This document shows positions 11,516-25,965 of a stretch of 64,000 nucleotides of DNA, one piece after another (position 1 is the first letter of the stretch; every line of letters starts with the position of its first letter). Both the position numbers and the translations under genes were made by a program. Under the pieces are notes generated by a model. That model saw only the letters and a list, made by a program, of their open reading frames with translations. It searched no databases and was not told the origin of the DNA. This stretch comes from Camelus ferus (lineage: Eukaryota). The stretch spans positions 19,966,001 through 20,030,000 of the forward strand of contig NC_045696.1 of the NCBI RefSeq assembly GCF_009834535.1. The letters are read 5' to 3'.

Positions 11516-13879
11516 CTACTTGTATGTTATCAAATGTATGGGCCATGCAACAACATTTATGGGAAAAAATGTCATTTTTAATCCTAAAATTCCAAGCTTC
11601 TTCAAAATGTCAACTATTGTGATAGGGTACTAGTGTTTCTGATATAAAATAAATAATCTTCATCTTCAAAGAGTTCTTCTTTGATTTAAGAGAGCATTTA
11701 ATTTTAATGTTAAAAGTGTTTATAGCTCCGGGTAATAACTGTTATCATACTGAAAAATACTAGGCATTATGAAATTTCTAGTAAGAGGCACTTAACCAGG
11801 TCTGATGTGGGAGAGAGTGGGAGAGGTAAGATTTTTTAAGTGGATAATTTTGAGATTGTCTTGAATTGCAAAGAGGAAATAGAGAAATACACACCCCAGC
11901 TATTTAAACATATGAAAGAAATGTCTGTACAGAAGACAGAGCAAAGAGAGGGTTGCACGTAGATTGATGTGTGTGGAGATTACTGTGTCTAATGAGGTCA
12001 TGGTCATTCTTGGGACCAAGTGTTCCTGCTCCACCCCCCAAGATCTCTCAGTTTCCATCCTCACAAGTTTTTATTATACAAACAGCCATCATAACGAAGA
12101 GGATAATTTTGTATTAAAAAAAAAAAGTGAAAAAAATTTCATTTTAAACTGATAATTAATTTGATGGGATACAGTTTTCAATAAGAATTATTATTCTCCT
12201 CCATAAATATTTAATTGTTCAACATATCATAACTATGATAGTGTCAGTATAGAGAGGTAAGTATGTCTTTTATTTTGAAGAGGATATACTAGACTCAAAG
12301 AAAGTTTATTAGTAAAATTATGCATTCAAAAATTTCCTGTGATTTGTGTTTTATTTTCTTCTTCACAGCCCAGTATTTAAAACAGAGACATGATTTCTGT
12401 AAATGTTTACACTGAGAGTATTTGAAATTCACTGAAGTCACAATGCAAACTATAAATACAATTTTCATTTTAAATTGCAAAGTATTTTGCTTAAGTCATG
12501 GTTTTCATGAAGTCTGTTTTCTCATTCATAAATTTTGCTTTCAATTGCATTCCAGAGAATTGCCCCTTCACCCCAAAAATTTGGTTGCACTTAAAAGAAT
12601 TTACATTTTATATTTATAGATGGAATGTCATATGGCAAAGCACTATAACTAAAATGAACCAATTTCAATTTAATTGCTCATATTTGTAAATATTATTTGT
12701 CTTGAAATTCAACCCACATGTAGCAAATTGCCTTTTAATGTTCTACCTTACAAACAGGTGGAGTGTGCAGAATTACAGAGATTTTTAATAGCTTTGCCTG
12801 TGGCATCTTTTTGCAAAAGATGAATTGCACTGCTGCCTAATTTTAAAAAATGTTAGATATTGAAGGTACCCAGATTTTCTATAAGTATAAAATAATTAAA
12901 AATAAGAGTCATCAGAGTAATTATGCATATTCATTAAAGCAACAACAACCAATGTTATGCCTAAAAGTAAAATGATTTTGAGTCAAATGTCAAAATAAAG
13001 TCATACGCTTGGTGTAACCTTTGGGGACGTTAAATGACCAGGTTGCTTGGCTACACCTAGGCACATTCTACCACTTTTCCTTAACTAATTTTTTTTTAAT
13101 TTATTTCTGTTATGAGCAATGCTTGACTATCTATTGATTACTCTAGATTGTAAGTAGAGACAGTAGAAGTAGTAATGCAGCTGTCCTGAAAGTCTCTGTG
13201 CAGGATTAAGCTTTAGTAACTTCAGAAGTATAAACATTATAACCTTTAAAAAATGAAACTTAATATTTGATTATTGAATATTTCTTTACTTTTGTAAATT
13301 TTAATAATAAAATTCTATTTTATGATTATTATTTTTTCTTTGGATCCCTCAGATTTGTACATGGTGACATTGACTAAAACATACAAAATTTCAAAACCAC
13401 TTATATTTCAAAATCCAAAACTTTCTGCTTTTACCTTTCACAACCTATAGACCTAGGTTTGGATCTTAATTTTGTTACTATTTGTGGGAATTTTGGAAAA
13501 TACCAGTTATCTCAGATAATAAAAAAAAACTAATAACATTGCTTTGCAGGGTTACTGTGAAAATAGTAAAAATACATATGCAGTTTTTGGAATAGGACCT
13601 GAATCTTAGTAGATGCTACATAACTCTAAGCATTATAATTAGTTTTGCAAATCATTTATTTGTTTTACTTTTATTTAAAACACAATGGACGAGTAAGACC
13701 AAATAAGAAAATAGTAACATGTAAGTGGAACTCACAATGAGAGATATTATTCAATTAATATGACATTTCTAGTTATAGACCACATTAAGTTTTCTTAAGC
13801 ATGGTCCACCTTTTGATATGCAAAATACTACTAAGGCAAGCAATTTAACTTCCACTGTATTCCTCATCACAAATGAATA

Positions 13880-14060
13880 TAGTACAGAAAGATAATTAGG
13901 ATCCTGGTTTGAGGATCAGGTAAAACTGAATTACATTCTTTGATCTAACACTTAATATTTGTGTATCTATGAGCAAATCTCTTAATCCCCATCATCAAAT
14001 CTCAGTTTCTTCATCTGTAATATATGAGCAACTCAAATCTAACTCAAAGTATTTATGCAA
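13880..14060 (+). mobile_element. MIR fragment
   Basis: MIR core CTCAGTTTCTTCATCTGTAA. Confidence 0.6.
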
Positions 14061-14754
14061 TCTAGCCATTTGTAATTCAGAAAAAAATGGTCTCAATCAG
14101 CCTACTCCATATCCAGTGTGAAGTCCAAGGCCCTTCCCAGGGTTTCCACATATTCCCTGGATCTGAAGTGTTCCAAATTTTTTTTTTTTTTTTTGTCTCT
14201 TGCCACCAGAACATTAACACTCAGAAAGCATGGGCTTTTTCTGTTCTGTTGGCTGTTGTATTTCAGTGTCCCAAACTCCACAAATCAATAATAGAATTTT
14301 TGTTGCATTATTTAATTATAATTAGCAGACTTACTCTTCTCATTGAAACTGTCTGCTCTTCAAAATAAAAATAATCACTACAGACGTTCTCACCTTTGAA
14401 CCGTATAACTAGGAAAAGATATAAATTAAAATGTCTTATGTTCTTCTACCAACAGAATGTCAGCAGCACAGAGGTTTATTTTCTCACTTATGGTTTGTCC
14501 TCCCACCTCTTAGAAGGCAAGAGTGTGTGTAGTCCCTTTTAGAATACAAAACATGTTGTCTTCTTTTTAGATTTGTTATATAAAAAAAAGTGTGTGGGTT
14601 GGGGAGGCTGTATAAAATGCCAAACAGTACTAGGTGCATAGCAAGTTCTCAATAAAGATAATTTCCAATGAAACAGATGGAGTTTCATACACATATCAGT
14701 CTCTTTTGTCATGGAGAGACACAAAAATCTAAGCAATGTTGTAGTTTGTGAAAT

Positions 14755-14875
14755 CAGCAATCATTTTATAGATGAGGGAACTGAGGATTGGAGAATTAGT
14801 TAACTTGCACATGGACCCACAGCTTATAAGGAACAGACAGAACCAAGACTGAAAGTCAAGCTGAGCTATTCTGGC
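14755..14875 (-). mobile_element. MIR fragment
   Basis: CATTTTATAGATGAGGGAACTGAGG...TAACTTGC, the reverse complement of the MIR core. Confidence 0.75.
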
Positions 14876-15275
14876 AAGGACCAATGGCCATAAAAATGGG
14901 TAAATGCTCACAGTCTGTTGCTAATCGTAACAGAGACTGGAAACCATTCACACAATGGCAGTGGACCACAATTAGAGAAGGATAGGGTATTCAGCTATTT
15001 CCTAGAGTTCTTTTTACTTTGGGGGGGACAGTAGAATATCGAATTACTCTTTATAAAATGTGTTTAAAATACTAACATAGAAATTTTACTATTTCCCAGC
15101 CCTAGACGTGTAGAAAGATTTTCAACCTTTACTCATCCAGTTTTCTCTCTTTTTCTTTTACTTCAAAGTCAAAGCTGAATGCAGTTATTGATGTGAAGAA
15201 GCATGTTTGAACAGAGGAAAACAAGACATATGTTAAAAAAATAAGATCTCATCATCTTCTCACATCATTTTAGAA

Positions 15276-15462
15276 CAGGTTTCTTTGGGGCTGGGAAATC
15301 ACTTGTTGTGGGGGTCTGCTTGGGGCATTGTAGGATGTTGAGTGATACCCATGGTCTCCACCCACCAGATGCCACTTAGCACTTCCTCATTTGTGACAAC
15401 AGAAAATATCTCCAAATGTGTTGGCAAATGTCCTTTGGGAAACGAAATGTTGAACAAATGCT
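15276..15462 (-). mobile_element. MER20-like hAT-Charlie MITE
   Basis: GCATTGTAGGATGTT...CCACCCACCAGATGCCA...TTGTGACAAC...AATATCTCCA...GCAAATGTCC. Confidence 0.75.
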
Positions 15463-15529
15463 TTTAGATGATGAATCAAGACATAATCCTAAGTGACTTT
15501 CATAATTTGGTGTGTGTTGGAATAATCAG

Positions 15530-15675
15530 AAAAAAACTTGTTCAGACATCCCTAGCTGGGCTCCACATTGGGAGATTCTGAATGAGCAGGTCTGCTGTTG
15601 GTCCAAGCAGTCACTTTTATACTAAACCCCCAGGGTGATCTGGGCACACACAAAAGAGCGAGAAACACAACCATG
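15530..15675. mobile_element. MER5-like hAT-Charlie MITE fragment
   Basis: GAGATTCTGA...AGGTCTG...CCCCAGGGTGATCT...GAGAAACAC pattern. Confidence 0.45.
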
Positions 15676-16004
15676 GAGAACAGGGAACATTCGGCTCTGC
15701 TATTACAGGGACACAAAAATAGACTCTCTGCAGTAAAAGCATCACAAGAAGTCTGGCTTGGTTGCTCCATGTTTTCAGGACACCGAAGCAAAGGAGATAA
15801 AAGTCACCAAAGGGGTCTGGGGACTATTGATGTATACACTAATGAGGACAGAGAGAAAAAGAAGCTAGCCATCCACCCTCAGAGAGCCCATTTCAGGCTA
15901 GACCCAATATTGTGGCATAGAATCCCTGTCTAGAGAGGAGGGTTACAATGCATCAGCCCAGGTTTCCCATTTAGGGCTTTATTCCCCTTCAGTTTGCATC
16001 AAAG

Positions 16005-16700
16005 CAGAATGGCATGACGGTCAAGAGCTTGAGACTGAACTGTATGGGATTTCAGGCTCTACCATTTTCCTAGCTGAATAATCTTACCTAAATTATGCGA
16101 TCTCTTTCTAAGCCTTAGTTTTCTCATTTATTTATAAGATGAGGAGAATTACAGTTATCTTTAGTTGATAGAATAATGTTTCCCCAACTATGTCAATGTC
16201 TGGATCCCCAGAACCTGTGAATATGCTACTTTCGATGGTAAAAGAGACCTTGCAGACGTTATCATCTTGAAAGGGGGAGATTATACTGGATTATTCAAGT
16301 CAGTTCAGTGCAATCACAAGTATTCTTATAAGAGGGAGATTTGGCTTCAGAAGAGGAAAAAGTGATGTGACATAGAGGCAGACATTAGGGTGATGTGGCC
16401 AGAAGCCAAAGAATAACAAAAACCTCTAGAGGGTGGAAGAGACAAGGAAGGGATTCTCTCCTGGAGCCTCCAGAAGGAGCTGGCCTTGCTGACATCTTGA
16501 TTTTAATCTCGTAAGACTCACTTAAGGTTTCTGACCCCTAGAACCATAAGAAAATAAATTTGTGTTGTTGGAGCCAGTAAGATCATGGTAATTTGTTAGA
16601 GCAGCAACAGGAAATTAATACATTATCCCTCAGGGTAGCTATGAGGACTGAGTTCATACATGAAAAGCAGTTAGAAGATCCTGTCACCCAAAGAATCAAT
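16005..16700 (+). mobile_element. MIR split by an MLT1 insertion
   Basis: MIR 5' half (16005-16159, ...CCTTAGTTTTCTCATTTATTTATAAGATGAGGAGAAT) resumes at 16623 (CAGGGTAGCTATGAGGACT...). Confidence 0.7.
16160..16622 (+). mobile_element. MaLR solo LTR (MLT1C/D-like)
   Basis: AGAACCTGTGAATATG, GGAGCCTCCAGAAGGA, AATAAATTTGTGTTG, ends GGAAATTAATACA. Exact 5-bp TSD TTATC (16155-16159 / 16623-16627). Confidence 0.9.
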
Positions 16701-18430
16701 GTGTTTGCTCTGATTATCTGTTATATACTCTATGTCTCTAAATCGCAGCTGTGTTCTAAATAATCTATCATCAACAAATTCCATAATGATTTCTCACATG
16801 TCAGCGATTTGCATGGAGGGACAGGTACTGTCCTACGTGTTGCAGTCTAAGATTGGAAAAACCTTGAGCCAAATTGCATTAGGCCCACTTTTCATCGGAA
16901 TGGAGTCTCCCCATGAGGTAGTAGGATGCCATCCTATCAGAGTTGTAGGGCCCCATGTGACCAAAAGCCCTAAATTTATTGATGAAACCCACAGTTCGTA
17001 CTGTTGGGTTCCTAATTCCAAACTCTAAGATTAAATTATATATGTAGATTTTTATCATTTTGCTAAAAAATTAAGCTGGTTAGAAATTATATTGAAAAAC
17101 CTTTTCTTTCTTAAAATGTATACTGTTTTGTCTTTCAGAAACAGAGGTAGCCATGTAAACAGTTCAGACACATTATGGATAGAAAACAAGATGAATAACT
17201 ACCTGCCCTCTTGTCTCTATACAGGGAAGCCCTTTTGATTTGTGATCTTTGAAGTTCTAGACTTTTCTAGGTCTATAAAATAGTTCAGCTAACATCTCTA
17301 TAATATCCTCAATTAAAACAAAATTGTATACTATATTTTATTTGCATTGTCTTTGAGGTAGGTAAGGCATTTACTTCCTATTAGCCCCATTTTATACATA
17401 AGAACATTGAGGCCTTGGGGTTTTAATGATTTGATTTGCCTCGTGCTACCTTTTTAACAGTAGAGAAAAAGTTGTATATTAGATTTTCTGCTTGCTAATT
17501 CAACATTTTTTAATATTTTTGGTATAATTGGCTAGCTCTTTTTCCGGGGCAAGAGAAGGGGCACACTGGGATAATTTGTATGGATTTAATGCATGGAAAC
17601 AGAGGAGAGGGTGCATGGCTTTCACAACACAGTCATCACAGTTCCTCAGCCTCAAACTACAGAACAAGAGGACACTTCACAAAGCACCAGGGAAGCCCTG
17701 TAGCACTGTGTGTGTTGGAAGCCTGTGTTGACCGACCATGCCACCCTGCCTTACCTATGTTCTTTACACAGTGAATTTCCAACTTTTTCTGGTGCTATTT
17801 ATTATAAGCTCCATATTCTCCCAGCACCAACCTGAGAGAACACTGATAAGGTGGTGCTCAGGCCACAGCTTGTTGCCTTTGGCTTGTGTCTGTCCCCAGG
17901 ATGACTGATTGTGGTTTTGGCAGTAGACAGCCTCCTTTTTAGTTCTATTAGAACTCTAATGAAGGCCACTCTCCAAGGGTGACATCGTATGGGTCCACTG
18001 TGCCTGTGAGTAGCAGGCATCAAGGATGAAAGCACACTTACTTCTCCCTGCTCAGATCTTTACTGTTTCACATCATGCCATAGATTTACAGTACATAAAT
18101 ACTCTCATTTTTAGATCAAAGGAAAATGAGAAAGATTTTATTCTGTTGTAGAACATGCACTACTTGTCACTTATGAACTTTAAAAATGAGGTGAAAATAC
18201 TCTTGGCATCCCATAAGGCTGTCAGATTTAATGCATAACCTTTCTGACTTTTTAATAACTATGTCGTGTCTGCTGCCTGTAATTATCAAATAAAGTGAAG
18301 ATTTTATTTAACCTTCTTAGCATAATCATGGAAACAAAGTGACACTTAGGTCAGCGGATCTATTATTTGATAGTTCATGCCCTCCCATTTTTTAAAGCAA
18401 ACATCAGATGGCAATTTGATGGTCCCTTTT

Positions 18431-18442
18431 GGGGGGGGGGGT
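18431..18442. repeat. G12 homopolymer
   Basis: Run of 12 G. Confidence 0.9.
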
Positions 18443-21400
18443 TCTTACTTTTTGGTTTAGTTATAACAATGTACATCAGAAGGATTTTGAATTTTTCAAG
18501 AGAAATATTAAATATTCATTGAGAGAGTTTTCTTCATTTAGGAAGGATTACTCAACACACTGTCATGACAATTTCACAGAATGAAAGACATTGCTTTCAC
18601 TAATCAAAAACAGTCACCCACACCAATTGCCAGCAATTCAGAATTTGCTCTCCTTTATCTCATCAATTCTCACTCACTCTCTTCTCTTTCCCTGGTGGTA
18701 GTCCTTTAAAAAAATAATCCAGAAGTTCTGGATGTTAATGCCTGCTCTGGGAAAGTCTGCCATCAGTTATTCTTTCCTTGTTTTACATTTTTAATCCCTC
18801 ATTCCATCGCTTTCCTATTCTAAAGTGAAGAACAAAATCGCCCATTGGCTTTCTCTTTCTCTGGAGACACACCTCCAACATCGTTTGTAGGATTCGGAGT
18901 AAGGTCCTCAGCCATGGGGTAAACCCTGGACCCTATGGATATCACTTATCTTGCCTAATTCTTACATTTCATTTAAAATTTGGTTCATTTTAAACTTCAT
19001 CTGAAAAAGAAAAGAGAAAATATATTTGATTTTTTTTCTGTTTCCGATGACCCTTAGGGTGCCTGTTGTATTTTCTGAGCTTTTGAGTTTCTCCCCATAA
19101 AATGAAGTATCTTTCATCTAATGCTTACTTAGTTTATATAAAATCATCCACGATCAAACTAGACTTGGATACTGAGTTATGGTTATAGATACAGAAAATG
19201 TTGAAGCTTCTTTTCTTACATCTATGATTCAGAGGTGGTGCAGCACAGTGATTAAAAGCTTGGACTGTAAGGAAAAGATGCCTGTGTTCATATTCTTCCT
19301 TTGATGATGTACTAGCTGCAGGGCCTCAAGCAAACTAAGATTTCGGAGGTCATATCTGTATCTCAGAGACAGTGTCTACAGTTTAATGCAGCAAATATTA
19401 TACTTTAAAACAGAAGCACAAACATAATCCTAATTATGTGAATACTGGTTTAAGTGAGGCTGACTTGAGGAATGTTTGCTTAAGTGAGAGCTGTAGATCT
19501 ATGAAGTCTGGGTGTAAAGTAGCAAGTTTGAATTTCCTGTGAGACTTCTCAATGTCTTAGAGTCCAAATTCACATACAATTTTGAATTATAAATGTCATA
19601 CATGATATAAAGAAATAAGCAGTTGTTCTTCATTTCAATACCAGACTATAAAATTAACACTTGGCATCCTCTTCATATTAGACATATCTTTGCATTCAGG
19701 CATTTTTCGTGGGACTAGATGTACTTACCTGCTTCAATTATCCCACTGTCATTTTTTCAACTAAAAGTAGTTTCCAAAAATGTAATGATTTTTTTTGACA
19801 ATAAGCACCTGAAATATAAATCAAGCAAATACTCTTTAGATTCTAGTATTCAATAGTGTTTCAAAATATATTCATATTTGACATACATTATGTCTTTTTA
19901 GTAATGGATTCTCAGGATGGGGGGTTACTTTCCCATGGATGCCTGAAAACACATATAAGTTAGTTGAGAAGCTGCAGTATTAAATAGGAATTTAAGTGAG
20001 GATTTTTTTCATTTTGTTTTATTTTTAACACGAACATAATGTATTTCTGTAAAAAAGAGTTAACAATTTTCATCTTTCTCAATGATGAATCAGTATCTAC
20101 ATGAGTTTTGTTGGAAGTAGTTCTTGAAATTATAATTTTTTTTGAACCAGGAGAAATTTTTGCTAATTAACAGATCTGACTCCTTAGTTCTATGGATGAA
20201 AATACCAAAGCTTAGAGAACTAGAATTTCCCAGAGTCAAACTCTATTCTAGACTCAGTCTGAGACTGAATGTATTATCAGTCTCTCTCTCTTTTTACTAA
20301 TTTTCCTCCAATAGTTTTACATGTTCTTCCACTCTGAATAATTTATGTCCTCTAGAGAATAACACTTAGTTTCTGCTGCTTGAGTACATTACAAGTTAGC
20401 CATTGCGAAAATGGATTTAAGAAAACTCCATTCTCATCAAAAGTCCTTAATGAATGCAGTCTTCCAAGTTGCTCTAACGCGAGCAGTCTAAAACTAGTAT
20501 CAACCAGATTTACTGTTACTCAGAAAGAGGAGGGGGAAGCCTCTAAAATTTAAAGTGCTGCTTTTGTAGATTTTAAAAATGCTGTCTCTGTTGCCGAGAA
20601 GTTTTAGATTTCAGATGATTTAACTTTGAGAATGACTGAGGATCAATAAGAGGGCTGAAGGAGTAGTAAATGAGTAAAATAGGGGAAAAATACCTGAAAG
20701 AAACAAAGTAGAAAAGCAAATGACATATAGTACAGGGAAAAAAAAAAAATTTGCAGGCTGATAAAAGAGAGAGGCTTTAAATACCAAAGGTGAGAGACCT
20801 GTTATTTTGGATTATATATACATGTACAAATATGCATTAAGGGAACAACTCATATTTTTTTCACCATAAAAACGTCATGAAATTTTCAGGCAGGTTATGA
20901 ATGAACACATCTCCCAAATGACCCTATCAGCATATCTGCAGTCCTGATAGTGGAACTAGTAAAGAAATAAATAGCTGTATCCAGGGAATGGTAGGCAGTT
21001 CCCTACACTTTAGTGTTGCATCTTTTCTAGCCACGCTCCCAACAACTTTCTCGAAGAACCATTTCTAAAGCAGCTATTTAAGGGAAAAAAAAAAAAAAAT
21101 ACCGAAGGTGAACTTATCTCCATCTTTCATAGTATGTACACTCTAACATCTTTTTCAGAAACCTTTCCAAACCAGTAATTCTTGATATTCTGCCTCCAGG
21201 ATTTAATTTCCCTACCCTTACTTTACATGATATTAGCCTTTATTTGAATCAAAGCTAAGAATATAATGATTAAATGTGTAATTTTACAAGTTGGAACAAT
21301 GTTAAGTTCAATTTCCAACTGCTCAGTCATGTCGAAAATACTTCTAAATATGATAATTGTCAGTGCCTTGTTAGGGTAAAAAAATGAGTACTTGTTAACT

Positions 21401-23064
21401 GCTGGTGGACAAATTGGAAAGCTTTTCTGAAGGATATCTATTATATAATATATGTTAATTTCATTAATATATTTACACCAAATCTGGGTGTGGATAGCTG
21501 AGTAAGCTCATCCTTTGTATCTATATAATGGTGCCATAAATGCACAGATTGATAGTAAAAAATTGAAATGAGAACATAAAAAGATATCCTTATTGGACTT
21601 AAAAATAAGATAGACATTTCCAGAATTTAGGGATGGGGCCAAAGTACAGAACTACGAGTGGGGCTGGAACTGCACACCTGCCTGACTTTGAATTTGAAAG
21701 TAGGCACTGGCCGTCAGGAAAGGGATACAAAAAAGATCTCTGTGCAGGAGACAAAAGAGACGTGCAGGTCAGAACTGCTATCGAAAGAACAACTGGACAC
21801 AGCTGCTCCTCTTGCTTCCCTGTAGGCATCTTTCGTTAGGTGTATTTTTAGATTAAGTGTAACATACTAAAGTGAAAGCAGTAAAACTGCCTTTTTTCTT
21901 TTTCTGAGAGATGGAAGGGGGAATATTTACATTCGTTAAAAACTCCCAAACTTTTATTTTAGTTTACAATCAAATTTAAATTTGGAATGATACGTTGCAA
22001 GAGCTTTTGTTATTTGTTTTTTAAGTAAGATAGATGAAATATAGCATCAAATAGTATCGTATCAAGTTTAGAATTTATGTCATAATGTTTAAATTACCAC
22101 CTCCAGTCATTGTCTCCCCCAAGAAATAAAAAAGTAAAAATACAGACTGTTAACTAGAGCCTACTAATTCATAACAGACAACTTAAAAACTCTCAGACGT
22201 GAATAGTGGTAGGTTTAGAGACAATGTCTACGTGAAACTCTAGATCAGTGATTTCAGCATTTATAAACGGTGTGCTGGTATATGCACTATGACCATTAAT
22301 CTCTCACAGAATTATTATTTACTGACATGTGTAGTAGGCATGAAAACACATTAAGCTTGACTCTTAAGGAATCTTGGTTTCTGGTTCCAGTCAAATCCAC
22401 ATCTGATTCAAACTCAAGCACTTAAATAAAGAAATGCAATCTTTACTGAAAAGAATACCCCGGAAAGGCAGCATGTGTTTTATTGAGAAGTTAGATTTCA
22501 CTACTAATAAAAGGAAGGAGATGTTTGTTACAAAAAGGGACACTCTTAAAGATGAGTATGTTCGAGGGAGGAATAAGTAAAGAGATGATTTTCTGTCATT
22601 ACAGGTAACATCGTAAAGAACCTCATGTTCTGGCTAAATGATAGCCACGCTGTATTTGAATTGTAGAGAAAACGTGTTTATAGTAAATAGCAAAAGTGTT
22701 CCTATACCACACATTGTATTTTTTCTTTCATTATTTTATATGATACTTTGCATTAGTTCGTCATCATGATCAATGTTTCATTTCTCCAAATTGTTCCTAC
22801 ATAATTTATGAAAAAAAAAACGTGAAACAAACTAAAGGGTGGTTTGGATAATGCTTTTCAAATTTAACCTAATTTAATTTAAAATTAAAATGGTGATATT
22901 AATATTTTAAGCTGCCTTTAATGTCAGTTATTTATACATAGAACTTAAAAAGAAAAATAATTCTACAAGATTATGAAAAAGTGCTTTCTGCCACCCACTC
23001 CCTATATTTTCCTCTTCTAAGTTTTTCTTTCAGTTAGATCATTTTTTTAATGTATTACCAGTTC

Positions 23065-23496
23065 TTTTTTTCATTTTTAAATATATTTTTATTGAAGTAT
23101 AGTCAGTTTACAATGTTGTGTCAATTTCTGGTGTACAGCACAATACTTTGGTCATATAGGAACATACAAATATTTGTTTTGATATTCTTTTTCACCATAA
23201 GTTGTTATAAGATATTGAATACAGTTCCCCGTGCTATACAGTATTAACTTGTTGTTTATCTATTTTATATATATTAGTATCTGCAAATCTTGAACTCCCA
23301 ATTTATCCCTTCCCAACCCCTTCCCTCCCTGGTAACCATAAGTTTGTTTTCCATGTCTGTGTGTCTGTTTCTGTTTTGTAAATAAGTTCATTTGTCTTTC
23401 TCTTTTTTTTTTTTTTTTTTTTTTTAGATTTCACATATAAGTGATATCATATGGTATTTTTCTTTCTCTTTCTAGTTTACTTCACTTAGAATGACA
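23065..23496 (-). mobile_element. Lineage-specific LINE-1 3' end (~430 bp)
   Basis: TTTATTGAAGTATAGTCAGTTTACAATGTTGTG...CCTGGTAACCATAAGTTTGTTTT...AGATTTCACATATAAGTGATATCATATGG. Homologous to the tail of the L1 at 38276. Confidence 0.9.
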
Positions 23497-25168
23497 GCTC
23501 ACTATTTTTTAATTTACTTCTTTAAGGCTAAATTATGTGATTATACTTTGATTTTTTTTCAGTTTTAAACATCATTGATTTCCCAACATAGAAGATGAAG
23601 AATTAACTCTCTTTGCTTCCCTCCTCATCACCTATTTGAATGCACTCATCCTCCCAATTTAGTTACATGGTGATTTGGGGTTAGATCAATGTTTACTTTA
23701 TGAAAACAATGCAAATGCTTTGCACAGCCAGCTGTTCATTAAACTATGATTACTTTTAATTTTTACTGAAATTTTTCTTATTAGTCCTGTAATTTGTAGT
23801 TGCTTACTTGTTGGTGTTGGTTACTTGCTGAGTTTTCAATGTATACTTTCCAGTGCGCTCATTCATTTCTAAATCTCTTCTAAAAACATGGAGACCCATC
23901 AGGTATTCCATCAGTTTCATCTTTCTAAAGATGTCTCCTGGAATTCGGGCTCATCCAGTCTGAACCGGTTGCCCTCTTTGCCACTTTCAGTTGCCATTTT
24001 GAAATTCCTATTAACATTTTCCCGGGCATTCCCATCGGATCTCTAGTTTATGTATCCTAAGGTGGCTTCTTCCCTCTTTTGCTCCTTTGTTTCAGTGGAG
24101 AACATTTGGCAGAACCACCTAAAAAAGGGAAAATGGAAGAAATGTTTGAGAATGTTAAATAAAAATGTACTACTCTTTCCTGACAGTTGACTGAATGTTT
24201 AGTTTCAAATAATATTTAAAGTTGAAAATAATTGTAGTTCAGTGTTTTGAAGGTACTGTCCCATTGCTTTTGACTTACAGTGTTAACATTGAGAAGTCTA
24301 AAGTCATTGTGTTTCCTTATTTGTATGTGACTATTTTTTTGCCCTCAAATTTTATTGAATTTTTTCTTTGTCCACAATGTTCTGTAATTTCAGGTGACTT
24401 GCTGGGGTTCTACTTCCAAACATTGTGCTAGGCATGTTGAATTATGTTCTTGTATTTGGGGTCATTTTGTTTTAATGACTTTTTGTGTGTGATATTACCT
24501 TCTCTGTTTTCTTTATTCTCTTTTTCTGATATTACATTTCCTGAAATAGACCTCTGATTATCATATCATCTCTCCTTTTTCTTATTTTTCTCACCTTGCT
24601 CTCTTTCAAGAAGAGTTCTACAATTTTATATTCTAATTCTAGTACATTTATTGATTCTGCCATCTTTGCTTTCATTTCCTATAGCTCAATTACCAGAGTG
24701 TCCTTTTGTCCTTTATATAGTAACTTCTTTTTTCCGTGGTTGCAGTGTAATATCTTTTAACTCTCTGATATTATTAATACTAGTTTTTTTAAGCTTTTCT
24801 ACTCTTTACATAATTTCTGCTTCATTCAAATTGTTTTCTCCTTGTTTTATTCTCTACTAGAGATTTCCTTCAGATGTCTGTTAATCCCACATTGTCTGTT
24901 TGTATTTAAAGGGGAAACTGAAAAACCGACGTCAAACTTTGGGCTCTTGGATGTAATTTGTCTCTTGTGATGTGTTTGACCTATTTAGTTGGGGAAACTT
25001 AGCTATCAGGATCTTTGTGTCTTTTGGACTCATTAGATATCCCCATGGAGAATCTGGCAATTTCCTACCTGTAGAGAGAAAATATGTTTCCTAGCAATTG
25101 GGGAATCATGTAGAACTGTGTCTGGATATCCCAGAAAATAGAATACTTAACTGGATACTTCATCTAAC

Positions 25169-25965
25169 TGTGTCCATAAAAGTCTAATTAGGAGACAGAA
25201 ATCACATAGTAATTTGAACAGGGAATGTGATATACAAAGAATTATTAACCATAAGGGGTAAAGAAAATTCTAAAGAATATCCTTTGACAGTGGGAGAGTC
25301 CCAAAGAAAGGAATAAACTTGGAAGGGACCCCATGGTCAAGGCTGAAGTTCATATCTTATTGGAGAAGATATGGCGGCAATCCTACCGGATAATGGTGAA
25401 GTTGGTTTGGCCTAGGCCAAAGCTAGTTCATAGTTGCTGGGCAAAGAAGGGGTGTAGGTGCTGAGGCTGGGGGGCAGGGGAAATACAGCCAGGGCTGGCA
25501 ATTTAATAACATCTCTTCTGGATACAGATGAGCAGGAAACGGAGGCCTGGATAGGCAAAGAGGAAACACCCCTCTAACATGCAGAGTTGAAGCAGTGAAT
25601 GTGATCTTTGGGGACCACTGCCATAGACTCAGAATCCACCCAAGTGGGTGCTGCTGAAACTTCATGGAAAGCTATTCACAGTGGTGCTGCTGAAACTTGA
25701 TTAGCAGTGAGCACCACCAGGTGTCTGCCTTACAAGAGCTGCTGGCAGTTGTACAGTTAGAGAAAAAAAAAAAATAAGTCAGATGGAAGCACATCAGGAC
25801 CAGAAAATAAGCCCTTTCTCTTCCAGTGTCCCTGCAATGCCCTCTACTGATGAATCTAAGGTTGTGCCTGCTGCAAAGGGTAAATATTAATAGAGTTCAG
25901 CTCCATTATCACAGGTCAAGAAGTATGGAATCAGAACTGAAGGCAATGAATTAAAAACCAGCACA
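25169..25965 (-). mobile_element. ERVL solo LTR (LTR41/LTR50-like)
   Basis: TG...CA termini with near-TSD CTAAC/CTCAC. Minus strand begins TGTGCTGGTTTTTAATTCATTGCC...TGTGATAATGGAGCTG...CAGTAGAGGGCATTG. Confidence 0.7.
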
